From sequence record MW735835.1: a stretch of DNA of 64,000 bases; one strand, written 5' to 3'. Below the pieces are notes generated by a model that saw only the letters and a list, made by a program, of their open reading frames with translations, was not told the origin of the DNA and did not search any database. Source of the stretch: Pseudomonas phage pPa_SNUABM_DT01. Positions 17,667-26,177 of the stretch are shown one piece after another (the first letter of the stretch is position 1; every line of letters starts with the position of its first letter). A program made the position numbers and the translations under genes.

Positions 17667-18672
17667 ATTGGAGCCCTACCAGGCAGTCTTTTATTTTCAT
17701 GCGTTCCATGATGTTGATGATGCCCTTCTCACTGCAACTGGACATGTAGACGCAGGACATGCATGGCGTATCTGCCAGATAGTCCAGGGCGCGTTCTAGG
17801 GCCTTCTGACGGGTGTTCAGAAGATTCTCCATAGTCCAGGGGCGGGGAATGACGAAGTCGTCTTCTAGGAAGGGACAATCGTCTTTGAGGAAGGGTACCC
17901 AGTACAGCTTGCTGTCGGTGTACAGCAAGTTCACCATAGTGCCGGTGTGGTAGCAGAGATCGGGGTTACGGCGGCGCTCATCCTCACCCGACAGACCCGA
18001 GTAGAACTGGGTGATGCGGTGAGACATACGCTTGATGTTCTGGGCGACCATCAGGTCCTTCACTGGCACACGCCCGTACGGGATGTTCAGGATGTCGTCC
18101 TTGTCCACCGGGAAGTCGACCTTGAAACCGTTCTTCATCATCTCGTCGAAGTCTTCGCCCACGGTGTCCGTGGTGCAGTTGACCACAAAGCCTGCTTCGT
18201 TGAGGTAGGCCTTTTTCAAGTGCTCCTTCACGAAGTCCAGCTTGGAGACGATCATCTTGCTGAACTTGTCCGACTTGAAGAACGATGGCGCAGCTGGCAT
18301 CAGGAACCGCACAGCCTTGCCGGGTATGGCCTCGTCGATCTCTTCGCACATGACCTTGTACAGGTCCATGTTCTTCTCAAGGAACGCCGCGTTGAAGGTG
18401 ACCTGATGAAACCCCTGAGCCATCTCACGGAACACCGGATGTTCCATGACCTCAGCCACGTTGTCCGCAGACATGTAGTCGGTCGGGCCGATCCCCATGT
18501 CGAACGCCACGTAGCCATTGGCCACCATTTCGTTGACCAAGGCAGCCAGTTTAGGAATGTCATCGACATCCCCTCCCAACTCACGGTCAATCATGCAGCC
18601 GGCGCAATGGTTCGCGCAACCCCGGAAGATGTCCAGGGTGATTTCCAGCCGTTGACGATGTTGTACGATCAT
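17623..18672 (-). CDS. Radical SAM/SPASM enzyme (349 aa), paralog 2
   Basis: The N-terminal motif is GCANHCAGC. The C-terminal cluster is PCMSCVYMSSCSEKG...DC. Closest in sequence to paralog 1. Confidence 0.8.
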   Translation of the reverse strand: MIVQHRQRLEITLDIFRGCANHCAGCMIDRELGGDVDDIPKLAALVNEMVANGYVAFDMGIGPTDYMSADNVAEVMEHPVFREMAQGFHQVTFNAAFLEKNMDLYKVMCEEIDEAIPGKAVRFLMPAAPSFFKSDKFSKMIVSKLDFVKEHLKKAYLNEAGFVVNCTTDTVGEDFDEMMKNGFKVDFPVDKDDILNIPYGRVPVKDLMVAQNIKRMSHRITQFYSGLSGEDERRRNPDLCYHTGTMVNLLYTDSKLYWVPFLKDDCPFLEDDFVIPRPWTMENLLNTRQKALERALDYLADTPCMSCVYMSSCSEKGIINIMERMKIKDCLVGLQYVSTGSEQSVQPDA

Positions 18673-19601
18673 TTCTTACGTCCAGCCCAATTGTCCAATA
18701 GACCCCGGAAGCCGTTACAGGAATTCTTCAGGGAGGTGACTTCACGCAAGTGTTCGGAAAGGCAGTTGCCAAAGTACGGGCAGGAGGAGCAGAAGGGATT
18801 GTCTTGGACCCGGTCGCGTTCAAAACCACACCAGTCCAGATACCCTTGTACTCCATCGACCGTCAGGAAATACTCACGGTCGTCCTTGTCGAACTCCAGT
18901 ACTGCAAAATCCCCAGAGGGCGTGATGTAGATGTGGTCGTCGCTGAATGCATTGCGCTTACCTTCTACCGCCTCTTTTACTTGGGTCTCGTTCTCGAAGT
19001 AGAACTTGCGTGCAGGATGCTTGATCACTGCCCATACAAACTCTTCGAATTCCTTGAACGACACCTCGTGCTCGTTAGCCTGGTTGGTGCTGTACGGCTT
19101 GATCTCACACCCCATGAGGTGCGGGAACATGTTCATCGTCTCGACGTAATCGTCAGGCGTTGTCTTATCGAGGAACGCACGACTGGCCAGCGTCAGCACG
19201 TTGAAGCGCTGACTCAGCAGGAACATGTTGTTCAACACCAGCTCATGTTTCTCACGGGCTTCGAAGTCGTACGACACCGAGATCATGAACGCCTTGTCAT
19301 GGACGATGTCTGGCACGTGAGACAGGTTGGTCACCAGCACGATGTCAGTGATCCCACGGGTCAACAGAACCTGCTTGACGCCAATGAGGTACTCTTGAGG
19401 CAGCACCAGCACCTCACCACCGTAGATGTCGACATGACCAATTTCGAAGTGCTCCATCAGAGCATCGAGCCGATCAGCAAAGACATCCACAGGCAACAGA
19501 GTGCGGTCGCTTAACTGTTGCTCGGTGAGGTAACAAAACGAGCACCGGAAGTTGCAGTAGTACCAGGGGTTGAAGCTGATGTTGAGGCTGGGTTTGGCCA
19601 T
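18669..19601 (-). CDS. Radical SAM/SPASM enzyme (310 aa), paralog 3
   Basis: The N-terminal motif is YCNFRCSFC. A GGE SAM-binding motif (YGGEVLVLP) is present. The C-terminal cluster is FCSSCPYFGNC...SC. The stop overlaps the next start (ATGA). Confidence 0.8.
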   Translation of the reverse strand: MAKPSLNISFNPWYYCNFRCSFCYLTEQQLSDRTLLPVDVFADRLDALMEHFEIGHVDIYGGEVLVLPQEYLIGVKQVLLTRGITDIVLVTNLSHVPDIVHDKAFMISVSYDFEAREKHELVLNNMFLLSQRFNVLTLASRAFLDKTTPDDYVETMNMFPHLMGCEIKPYSTNQANEHEVSFKEFEEFVWAVIKHPARKFYFENETQVKEAVEGKRNAFSDDHIYITPSGDFAVLEFDKDDREYFLTVDGVQGYLDWCGFERDRVQDNPFCSSCPYFGNCLSEHLREVTSLKNSCNGFRGLLDNWAGRKK

Positions 19602-19780
19602 GATTGCAACGATTCCAGGAAGCGGCGTTGGTAGGGATGCAGGGGCTTGGTGTGACCGAGCGCCATCTCGGCAAAATCAGCGAGGTTGTCTCGGCAACGC
19701 TTGACGACTACTTTCTTGAGGACTTCGGGGATCTCAAGCTTGAGTTCGTATCCCGGAGGGAAGAATGCCATTTGATCCAT
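19511..19780 (-). CDS. Small protein (89 aa by ORF) wedged between two rSAM genes; its 3' end overlaps the start of paralog 3 by about 90 nt
   Basis: The ATG lies 3 nt after the stop of the 19783 gene. The translation is MDQMAFFPPGYELKLEIPEVLKKVVVKRCRDNLADFAEMALGHTKPLHPYQRRFLESLQS... The C-terminal 30 codons have odd composition, so the true end is uncertain. Confidence 0.35.
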   Translation of the reverse strand: MDQMAFFPPGYELKLEIPEVLKKVVVKRCRDNLADFAEMALGHTKPLHPYQRRFLESLQSWPNPASTSASTPGTTATSGARFVTSPSNS

Positions 19781-19782
19781 GA

Positions 19783-20874
19783 TTAACCTTTCGCGATGAG
19801 TTGGACGGATTCGTCCTCGTAAGGGGTCGGTGTCAGATGGGCCGACATGCCATTGATCTCGATGATCTTGGCTGCCTGACTCTTCATCTTCCGACAGTGG
19901 TGTTCGGTCAAGCCAAACCGCTTGGTGTCCGAGATGGTCTTACGGCAACCATTGCAGATGGCAAACATCGGGCAGATGTAGCAGGATTCCTTCATCGACT
20001 GAAGGTGTTCCTGATCCCGTAACGGCAGGACCAGTTCCTTGCCAGACATCTCGGTCTCGAAGTCAATCGGGAACGCCATGTCGTCAGCAAAGGCACCGCA
20101 GGAGAAGTAATGACCACCGGGCTGCAAGGTACGGATACCTTCATCGCAGTTGCGAGCCAGAGGACACGTGGTGTGCTTGCCTTTAAGGCGCTTGGCCATC
20201 TGTTTGGTGTTGTACTCCCACTCCATCAGACCGGCTTCGTAGATCTGGATGTAGTGGCCGTAGATATCGGCTTGGGTGAAGAAGTTGTTCTCACTACCCA
20301 TCACCGTGCCGCGGTTGTTCACTTCAGGCCCAGAGGCCACGACATGGTTCACCTTGGCCTCGACACCCATCTCCTTGGCCAGCCTGACCGTATCCAAGAC
20401 AGTGTGCTCGTTGTCCTTGTCGATCACCGCAATGAAGTCCAAGCGGTAGCCGATGCGTTCAAAGAACAGGTCCGAGACCTTACGGAAATCCTCTTCAGTG
20501 AACGGCGTACCATCACCCTTCAGGCGTTTGTCGCCGTATTGGAACGACGTGGTGATGCCCAGACGTTCATGCTTGAACAACTCTTCCCACATCTCGGGCT
20601 TCTTGTAGAAAGCCCAGAGGTTAGAAGTGAAGCTGATGGATGCATCGCAGTTGTTGCGGTCCAGGATGGCGATCATGTCCCAGTAGTACTGGGGCGGCAT
20701 CATCAGAGGATCGCCACCGTTGACGATGATGGTGTTGGTATCGGGGAAGCGCTGAATGAAGCGTTCGATCTGATCCAGCTCAACGATGTCCTTGGGGTCC
20801 TCGGACAGGTAAGTACTGGAGCAGAACGTGCACTTGAAGTTACAGGCTACCGTTGGCTTGACGATGAGATCCAA
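19783..20874 (-). CDS. Radical SAM/SPASM enzyme (363 aa), paralog 4
   Basis: The N-terminal motif is ACNFKCTFC. The SAM-binding motif is NGGDPLMMP. The seven-Cys C-terminal SPASM region is TTCPLARNCDEG...FSCGAF...CYICPMFAICNGC. Confidence 0.8.
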   Translation of the reverse strand: MDLIVKPTVACNFKCTFCSSTYLSEDPKDIVELDQIERFIQRFPDTNTIIVNGGDPLMMPPQYYWDMIAILDRNNCDASISFTSNLWAFYKKPEMWEELFKHERLGITTSFQYGDKRLKGDGTPFTEEDFRKVSDLFFERIGYRLDFIAVIDKDNEHTVLDTVRLAKEMGVEAKVNHVVASGPEVNNRGTVMGSENNFFTQADIYGHYIQIYEAGLMEWEYNTKQMAKRLKGKHTTCPLARNCDEGIRTLQPGGHYFSCGAFADDMAFPIDFETEMSGKELVLPLRDQEHLQSMKESCYICPMFAICNGCRKTISDTKRFGLTEHHCRKMKSQAAKIIEINGMSAHLTPTPYEDESVQLIAKG

Positions 20875-21028
20875 TTGCCTGCTCCTGAGGTTGAGTGGTC
20901 CAAAGGTTGAAGTAATCGCGCTTGTCGATCTTGTCCGGGTTCTCGATAGTGAGTTGTTTCAGCTTCTCGGCTATTTCTTTTTCGGACATCTTGAGAAAAT
21001 TACGGGGAGGTACGGCCATGGCAGTCAC
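20840..21028 (-). CDS. Small ORF (62 aa; 49 aa from the internal start MSEKEIAEKLKQ...) between rSAM paralogs 5 and 4
   Basis: The translation is MTAMAVPPRNFLKMSEKEIAEKLKQLTIENPDKIDKRDYFNLWTTQPQEQAIGSHRQANGSL. The N-terminal half is helical and charged, and the C-terminal half is aromatic-rich (YFNLW). The 3' end overlaps the paralog-4 start by 35 nt. Confidence 0.3.
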   Translation of the reverse strand: MTAMAVPPRNFLKMSEKEIAEKLKQLTIENPDKIDKRDYFNLWTTQPQEQAIGSHRQANGSL

Positions 21029-21088
21029 CCTCTTTAAAGAAAAGATTCATAAGAAAGGTTCCGCATGTTTTAAGACACACGGCATAAA

Positions 21089-21107
21089 GGCCCGGTCTAG
21101 CCGGGCC
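21089..21107. terminator. Hairpin GGCCCGG-tctag-CCGGGCC inside the operon
   Basis: A 7-bp GC stem in the 88-bp gap between the 21117 gene and the 20840 ORF, preceded by GCATAAAG. Confidence 0.4.
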
Positions 21108-21116
21108 CCTATGTTG

Positions 21117-22124
21117 TCACGCAAGGATCACCTTGAACATGGCCTTGATCGAGCAGTCTTTCGACTTCTCGCCCAGGACCGTGTCATGCAGGAAACACCG
21201 TAGGCCACAGCGCTGATAGAACTCGCAACTGAAGCACCCGTAGTGTTCCACAAATGTCACTTCTGCGTTGTCCTTCGCGATCAGGCCTTCCTTCTCATCG
21301 AGGATTGCATCTTTGCCCGCTTCAGACCAACAGGTACTGATCACCCCATCCTTGTTGATGATCTTGGTGGAACGGCACGTGGTCTCGTTGACGACGTTAC
21401 GTTTCCAGTCCTTGATCGGATAGGAGTTCGGGTACTTGTCGTTCAGCTTGATGTACAGCTGACTGATCAGGTCTTCGTCGGGTTGATGATAGGCGTACAG
21501 CTGACTGGGGATGTAATGATCGAAGTACACGTCGTACTTGTCACAGAGCCAGACGAACTCGTCACCTTCCTTGCCATCGAGGAAGATTTGGATGTTCTGC
21601 TTGGTGATCACCACGTTGACCGTCTGAACGTACTCGCCCAGGACTTCGAGGTTCTGGAAGAACAGTTCACGCTGAGCACCATTGAAGCGCCCAGCAGGGT
21701 CGTAGGACGTGGCTAGCCAAACACGTGGGTCGATCAGCCGGAGCCGTTCGATCAGGTGCTTGACGCGGTCGGTGTTGTGGTAGACGAGATTGGTACCGAA
21801 GACCAACTTGACATCCTTGAAGTGTTCCAAGCACATCTTGCCGACTTGGTAGTACGCCTCGAAGACGTCATCACCAATCTCGTTCATGAACAGTTCACCG
21901 CCGGTGATGTTGACCACCATAGCCGTGTCTGGGTGCGTGGTTGCCAAGAGCTTGGCAGCCTTCTCGATCATCAGATCCCCGTCGAGACCCACTTTGGAAT
22001 CATGGTCCTGGTGGCAGAACGAGCAACGCATGTTGCACAGCTCGAACAGGATCAGGTGGGCTTCTTTCCACTTGCCCTTCTTGTCACGCAGGATGTCTAC
22101 AACAGGGATCAGGTCCATTACCAA
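21117..22124 (-). CDS. Radical SAM/SPASM enzyme (335 aa), paralog 5
   Basis: The N-terminal motif is LCNMRCSFC. The SAM-binding motif is TGGELFMN. The C-terminal cluster is ...TCWSEAG...GCFSCEFYQRCGLRC. Confidence 0.8.
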   Translation of the reverse strand: MVMDLIPVVDILRDKKGKWKEAHLILFELCNMRCSFCHQDHDSKVGLDGDLMIEKAAKLLATTHPDTAMVVNITGGELFMNEIGDDVFEAYYQVGKMCLEHFKDVKLVFGTNLVYHNTDRVKHLIERLRLIDPRVWLATSYDPAGRFNGAQRELFFQNLEVLGEYVQTVNVVITKQNIQIFLDGKEGDEFVWLCDKYDVYFDHYIPSQLYAYHQPDEDLISQLYIKLNDKYPNSYPIKDWKRNVVNETTCRSTKIINKDGVISTCWSEAGKDAILDEKEGLIAKDNAEVTFVEHYGCFSCEFYQRCGLRCFLHDTVLGEKSKDCSIKAMFKVILA

Positions 22125-23173
22125 CGCGCTCCGGTGAGAGCCGCCTTCAGGCCTGCCAGGTCAGTGGTCAGGATGTGGCGGATCAGGTTCTCGTCGTACT
22201 TGCCGGTGTCACGCATCGCCAGGGCAATACGCATCTCGCCAGCAAACATGTCGGTCACACGACGCAGGCAGTTCTCGGGTTCACGCATGTTGGCTTCGTC
22301 GTTCAGCAGCGAGAGGATCTGAGCAGCACGGCGGGACGAGGATTCGTCTTCGAGCTGGTGCATCAGTTCAACGGCCTCCATCAGCATGCCCTTGATCCAG
22401 ACGTCGGTCGGACGGAAGTCGTACAGGCCCGGACGGAGCAACTGTTGAGACGCCAGGTGCGGCAGATTGAGGCAACCTTCGAACACGGTCGGTGCGTTCA
22501 GCAAGGTGTCGACGTCGGCGCCGGCCAGTTCCCAGTTCTCGGGACGGGTCAGGTGACGAGCCCAGACGTCCATGGCATCGTGGGCGTTCGACAGTGCGAT
22601 ACGACGCAGGATGTTCTTGGTGGTCTTCGGGATCTTGCCGACACGGGCATCGGTACGCAGGCGAGCAATGTGCCACTCCAGCGAGAGGGCTTCCGGGTTA
22701 CGGAGTACCAGCTCGTTCATGGCCTCTTGCAGCGGTTCGTCCTTGTCGAACAGCGCCTGCACGACCTTGGTGTCGATCTTGATGCTGGACAGCACATCGA
22801 CGCGAGGTTCGCCCATGGCGACGATCAGGCTGTTGAAGGTGGCCTTCTTGCACACGAAGAACCAACGGAAGTTCTCGAAGTCGATCTTCGGGAACAACGC
22901 CTTGATCAACATGGCGTACAGGCGGGTATAGGTGTCGCTGTCGCAGTACACCATGACCTTGTCCTTGCTCTCGAGCGCTGCACCGAAGACCTCGGTGAAT
23001 TGCTCGGGTTCGAACTGGTCGAGGCTCTGGGCGAAACCCAGCTGCACACCGACTTCTTCGAACTCGCCCGGGCTGTGTTTCCAGCCGATCTGGGGCGAGA
23101 TGGTAATGACGTTCTTCGAGCGGTCAATCCGCAGTTCGGAGTCGACGTACGCCTGGTTAAACAGATGGTACAT
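22118..23173 (-). CDS. Hypothetical protein (351 aa) within the rSAM operon
   Basis: The ORF overlaps both neighbours (7 and 17 nt). No motif recognised. Confidence 0.65.
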   Translation of the reverse strand: MYHLFNQAYVDSELRIDRSKNVITISPQIGWKHSPGEFEEVGVQLGFAQSLDQFEPEQFTEVFGAALESKDKVMVYCDSDTYTRLYAMLIKALFPKIDFENFRWFFVCKKATFNSLIVAMGEPRVDVLSSIKIDTKVVQALFDKDEPLQEAMNELVLRNPEALSLEWHIARLRTDARVGKIPKTTKNILRRIALSNAHDAMDVWARHLTRPENWELAGADVDTLLNAPTVFEGCLNLPHLASQQLLRPGLYDFRPTDVWIKGMLMEAVELMHQLEDESSSRRAAQILSLLNDEANMREPENCLRRVTDMFAGEMRIALAMRDTGKYDENLIRHILTTDLAGLKAALTGARW

Positions 23174-24032
23174 GTTCGATACCTTTCAGGACATTGAGGT
23201 TGGACTGGAGTTCCGCACGTCCAGCTTGCTCGAGTCGAACCAGCTGCTCGGGTTCGCTCAGCGACAGCAGACCCAGGAAGTAGGGGTTGTGCTCGCTATC
23301 GAAGAAGGCGAACAGGTTCTTGCCGGCGAAGCAGTACTCGTTGAAGAACATCTTGTTCCAGCACCAGTCTTCTTCCGGGATGTCTTGCATCAGCACCGGG
23401 AACAACGGGTGTTGGATGAGCTTCACGAAGTTCAGGCCCAGCAGGCTTTCACCTTCGATCTCGGGGTAGTTGGCTACCTGATCCTTCAGCGTGGCGTAGC
23501 TGTGCAGGGCGTAGACCGGGACCATGCAGACGTTCTGCATCCAGGTCTCGAGGATGTCGCGATGCTCCTCGATGAACGGGACGGGATTGAACGGCAGCAG
23601 GTAAGGCTTGCCCGACGCAGCCAAAAGCAAGTTGATGGCCAGGTCTTCCATCTCAGGCAGATTCACCATGGAGGTGATGTAGAGATAGTCCTTCAGCATG
23701 TCCAACTTGGCTTCCAGCGAGGAGAACTTGATCTCGCACTTGATGTCCAGGTTGGTTAGGTAGGTGATCAGCACACTGCCTTTGTACTTGCTGTTGTCGT
23801 AGTCGACGATGAACTTCACGTTCTCCGAGAACTTACGCTTGAGCGTCAGCATCGGGATCGGAACGGTCACTTCGAGCACGACCAACTTGTCCCGCCACTC
23901 CTGCTCTTCTTTCAAGAGCAGTTTGTATTCCAGCTTCATGCCGAGAGACATGCTGTTCAGGCGCTCTCGGTCTTTTCTCGGATTGCCGGTCAACTTGTGC
24001 CGTTTGCGGAACTCGTCGAGTTGCTTCTCCAT
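23157..24032 (-). CDS. Hypothetical protein (291 aa) within the rSAM operon
   Basis: A long ORF with codon usage matching the rest of the operon. Confidence 0.65.
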   Translation of the reverse strand: MEKQLDEFRKRHKLTGNPRKDRERLNSMSLGMKLEYKLLLKEEQEWRDKLVVLEVTVPIPMLTLKRKFSENVKFIVDYDNSKYKGSVLITYLTNLDIKCEIKFSSLEAKLDMLKDYLYITSMVNLPEMEDLAINLLLAASGKPYLLPFNPVPFIEEHRDILETWMQNVCMVPVYALHSYATLKDQVANYPEIEGESLLGLNFVKLIQHPLFPVLMQDIPEEDWCWNKMFFNEYCFAGKNLFAFFDSEHNPYFLGLLSLSEPEQLVRLEQAGRAELQSNLNVLKGIEHVPSV

Positions 24033-24044
24033 GGTGAACTCCTA

Positions 24045-24581
24045 TTACCGGCGGCCGCGAGCAGAGTGACAGCTCGTGTGGCAGCTGGTGTGACAGATGG
24101 TATTTTGCAGGGTGAGGACCTGTGCACGGCAGGCATTCTGATAAGCGCTCAGGAGAGCGTTACATGCGTTGTTATAGACGTTGAGGTCCATGTTGGTGCC
24201 TTCGGTCAGAGCGCCGAGGTTAGCACCAGAGGCGAAATCCACTCCATAGACCGTATGACCAACAGCGGTCACATCGAAGATCAGTTCCTGACCAACAGCG
24301 TAATGGGTACGCCAGATCAGGACACGGCACGTCCGAATACCACTGAATAGGTTGGCCACGTAACGAAGAACCTGGGTGGCTTGCAGTGCTTGCGGCTCAC
24401 CGGCGGTGAATTGCTCGGTAGCGAACAGTGCGCCTTTGCCACCGGTAGTGCCAGCGAACCAGCCTGGCAGGCCATTCGGCGGTACGTTGTTGGTACCCCA
24501 GGCGATACCGGCGTTCATGTTGTTGCTGAGAATCGTGTTGGCGTTGGCAGCCAGTCGACTCCGACGAATCACTTCGGTCAT
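24045..24581 (-). CDS. Cys/His-repeat protein (178 aa) ending ...NTICHTSCHTSCHSARGRR
   Basis: The ATG overlaps the stop of the upstream rSAM gene at 24583. The C-terminal 40 residues (NNACNALLSAYQNACRAQVLTLQNTICHTSCHTSCHSARGRR) hold seven Cys, including a tandem CHTS repeat. Confidence 0.6.
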   Translation of the reverse strand: MTEVIRRSRLAANANTILSNNMNAGIAWGTNNVPPNGLPGWFAGTTGGKGALFATEQFTAGEPQALQATQVLRYVANLFSGIRTCRVLIWRTHYAVGQELIFDVTAVGHTVYGVDFASGANLGALTEGTNMDLNVYNNACNALLSAYQNACRAQVLTLQNTICHTSCHTSCHSARGRR

Positions 24582-24582
24582 A

Positions 24583-25623
24583 TCACACCTTCAGAATCAG
24601 ATTGGTCTGTTGCGTTCGACCGGAGAGGTAACGCAGGGTGTTCTTGAGACCCCCACAGCGACCCTTCTGCCAAGGCAGTCGGTGACAGTCGCCCCCACAC
24701 AGATCAAACACGTCGCACGTAATGCACGTATCGCCCCAAGTCAGTTCTTTGGCTTGTTGCTCCACCCGGCCATCCGAAATAAGGAAAGCGTCGACACCAT
24801 CCTCCAAGCGTGCATGGTGCAGCTTAGCGGCAGCGTTAGGGCAACCAGACAAAGAACCGTCCGAGTTGATGGTCACCAGGTTCTGCTCGCAGTTGCGGCA
24901 GTTGGTGTCCACCTTGACGACGTTCTTCTTGAGCTTTTCCTCGAGGATGTCGAGGGTCTTGATGCGCACACGTGGCTTGCGTTCTTTGTAGCGCAGGTAC
25001 AGCGCAAGGTACCAGTTGTCCTGGTCCTCATTGTTAGGGAAGATCTCGGGGTTATCGACAGCACTGCCATCGTTGGTCAACCGTTCCAAGGACGCTTCAT
25101 CCACTGCAAAGCTGTCCAACTGGTCCATCAGCCAATCGGGCGACATGGCGATGAGTTGCTTGCTGACCGACACCTTGACATTGATGCCCACGCCGTGGGA
25201 CTTCAGGGTCTCGAGGTTCTTCTTCCATAGCTGGAACTGCTTGTCGTTGCTCCAGCGAATCCAGTGGTCCCAGCTGGTCCCAATGAATGCACCGAAGTAA
25301 TCCTTGATGAAGGCGATGTGCTCATCCGTCAACTTGAAGGTCAGGTTGCTGGCGGCACACATCGACACGTTCGGCAGATCCACGAAGTGATCAGCGAAAC
25401 GCTTGAGCTTTTCCAACGGGACCAGGAACGGTTCCCCACCATGGAACTCCATGTGGTAGTGCGTGCTCTTGGGGTACTTGGACATGAAGTCCTTCACCCA
25501 ATCGCTGACCTGGTCCGGATCGAACGGGGTCTTATCCCCGGCCTTGCCGTTGGTGAAACAATGCTGACAGTTCAGATTGCAAGTGCCCGTGGTCTTGACA
25601 TAGATGGTTTTGTAGGCGTTCAC
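24583..25623 (-). CDS. Radical SAM/SPASM enzyme (346 aa), paralog 6
   Basis: The N-terminal motif is TCNLNCQHC. The SAM-binding motif is HGGEPFLVP. The C-terminal SPASM region is CRNCEQN...GCPNAA...CITCDVFDLCGGDC. Confidence 0.8.
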   Translation of the reverse strand: MNAYKTIYVKTTGTCNLNCQHCFTNGKAGDKTPFDPDQVSDWVKDFMSKYPKSTHYHMEFHGGEPFLVPLEKLKRFADHFVDLPNVSMCAASNLTFKLTDEHIAFIKDYFGAFIGTSWDHWIRWSNDKQFQLWKKNLETLKSHGVGINVKVSVSKQLIAMSPDWLMDQLDSFAVDEASLERLTNDGSAVDNPEIFPNNEDQDNWYLALYLRYKERKPRVRIKTLDILEEKLKKNVVKVDTNCRNCEQNLVTINSDGSLSGCPNAAAKLHHARLEDGVDAFLISDGRVEQQAKELTWGDTCITCDVFDLCGGDCHRLPWQKGRCGGLKNTLRYLSGRTQQTNLILKV

Positions 25624-26177
25624 AGCTTCGCTTCCAAAAAGAGTTCCAAGCCGAAACTAATCATCAGGGAACTGTCGACATTGATGGCCTGGTGAAGTTC
25701 ACCACGCGGAATATGGATGCTGTCCCCGGCAGTGAGTTCGATCTCGCCATCAGGGAACTTGAAAACTTTACGGCCTTCGACCATGTAGATGACGACGTCA
25801 TCTAGGTCTGTGTGCATCGGGAAGCTGACGCCCCCTTTCGGCGAAATGAAAAGATGAGCGCTCACTGGCCCCACGTGTCCGAAATGCGCAGCAAGCCGCG
25901 CACAGTTCTGGAACATGGTGGCATTGAGGCGCTCGATCCCTTCGATCTTGACCGGGCAATCGCTGTTCTCCAGGAAGTCAGACTGACTGTAGAGGTCGAA
26001 CGATTGCGCGTTCTTGATGTATTTCACCAGGCACTGCTCGTACAGATGCGGGCTTGACAGCAGAAGGTCCACATCGAGAAGCTCAGGAGTGATCCCCTCG
26101 AATTGAAAACCAAGACGTTCGAACATGTTCAAGCCCTCTCTGAAGTTGGTGTCTATAGGATTGCCTAGAAGGATCAA
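25620..26177 (-). CDS. Cupin-fold (JmjC/cupin_4-like) putative oxygenase (185 aa), first gene of the operon
   Basis: The His/Asp metal-site pattern is FPMHTDLDDVVIYMVEGRKVFKF...LTAGDSIHIPRGELHQA. The gene is coupled by overlap to the next rSAM gene. Confidence 0.55.
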   Translation of the reverse strand: MILLGNPIDTNFREGLNMFERLGFQFEGITPELLDVDLLLSSPHLYEQCLVKYIKNAQSFDLYSQSDFLENSDCPVKIEGIERLNATMFQNCARLAAHFGHVGPVSAHLFISPKGGVSFPMHTDLDDVVIYMVEGRKVFKFPDGEIELTAGDSIHIPRGELHQAINVDSSLMISFGLELFLEAKL

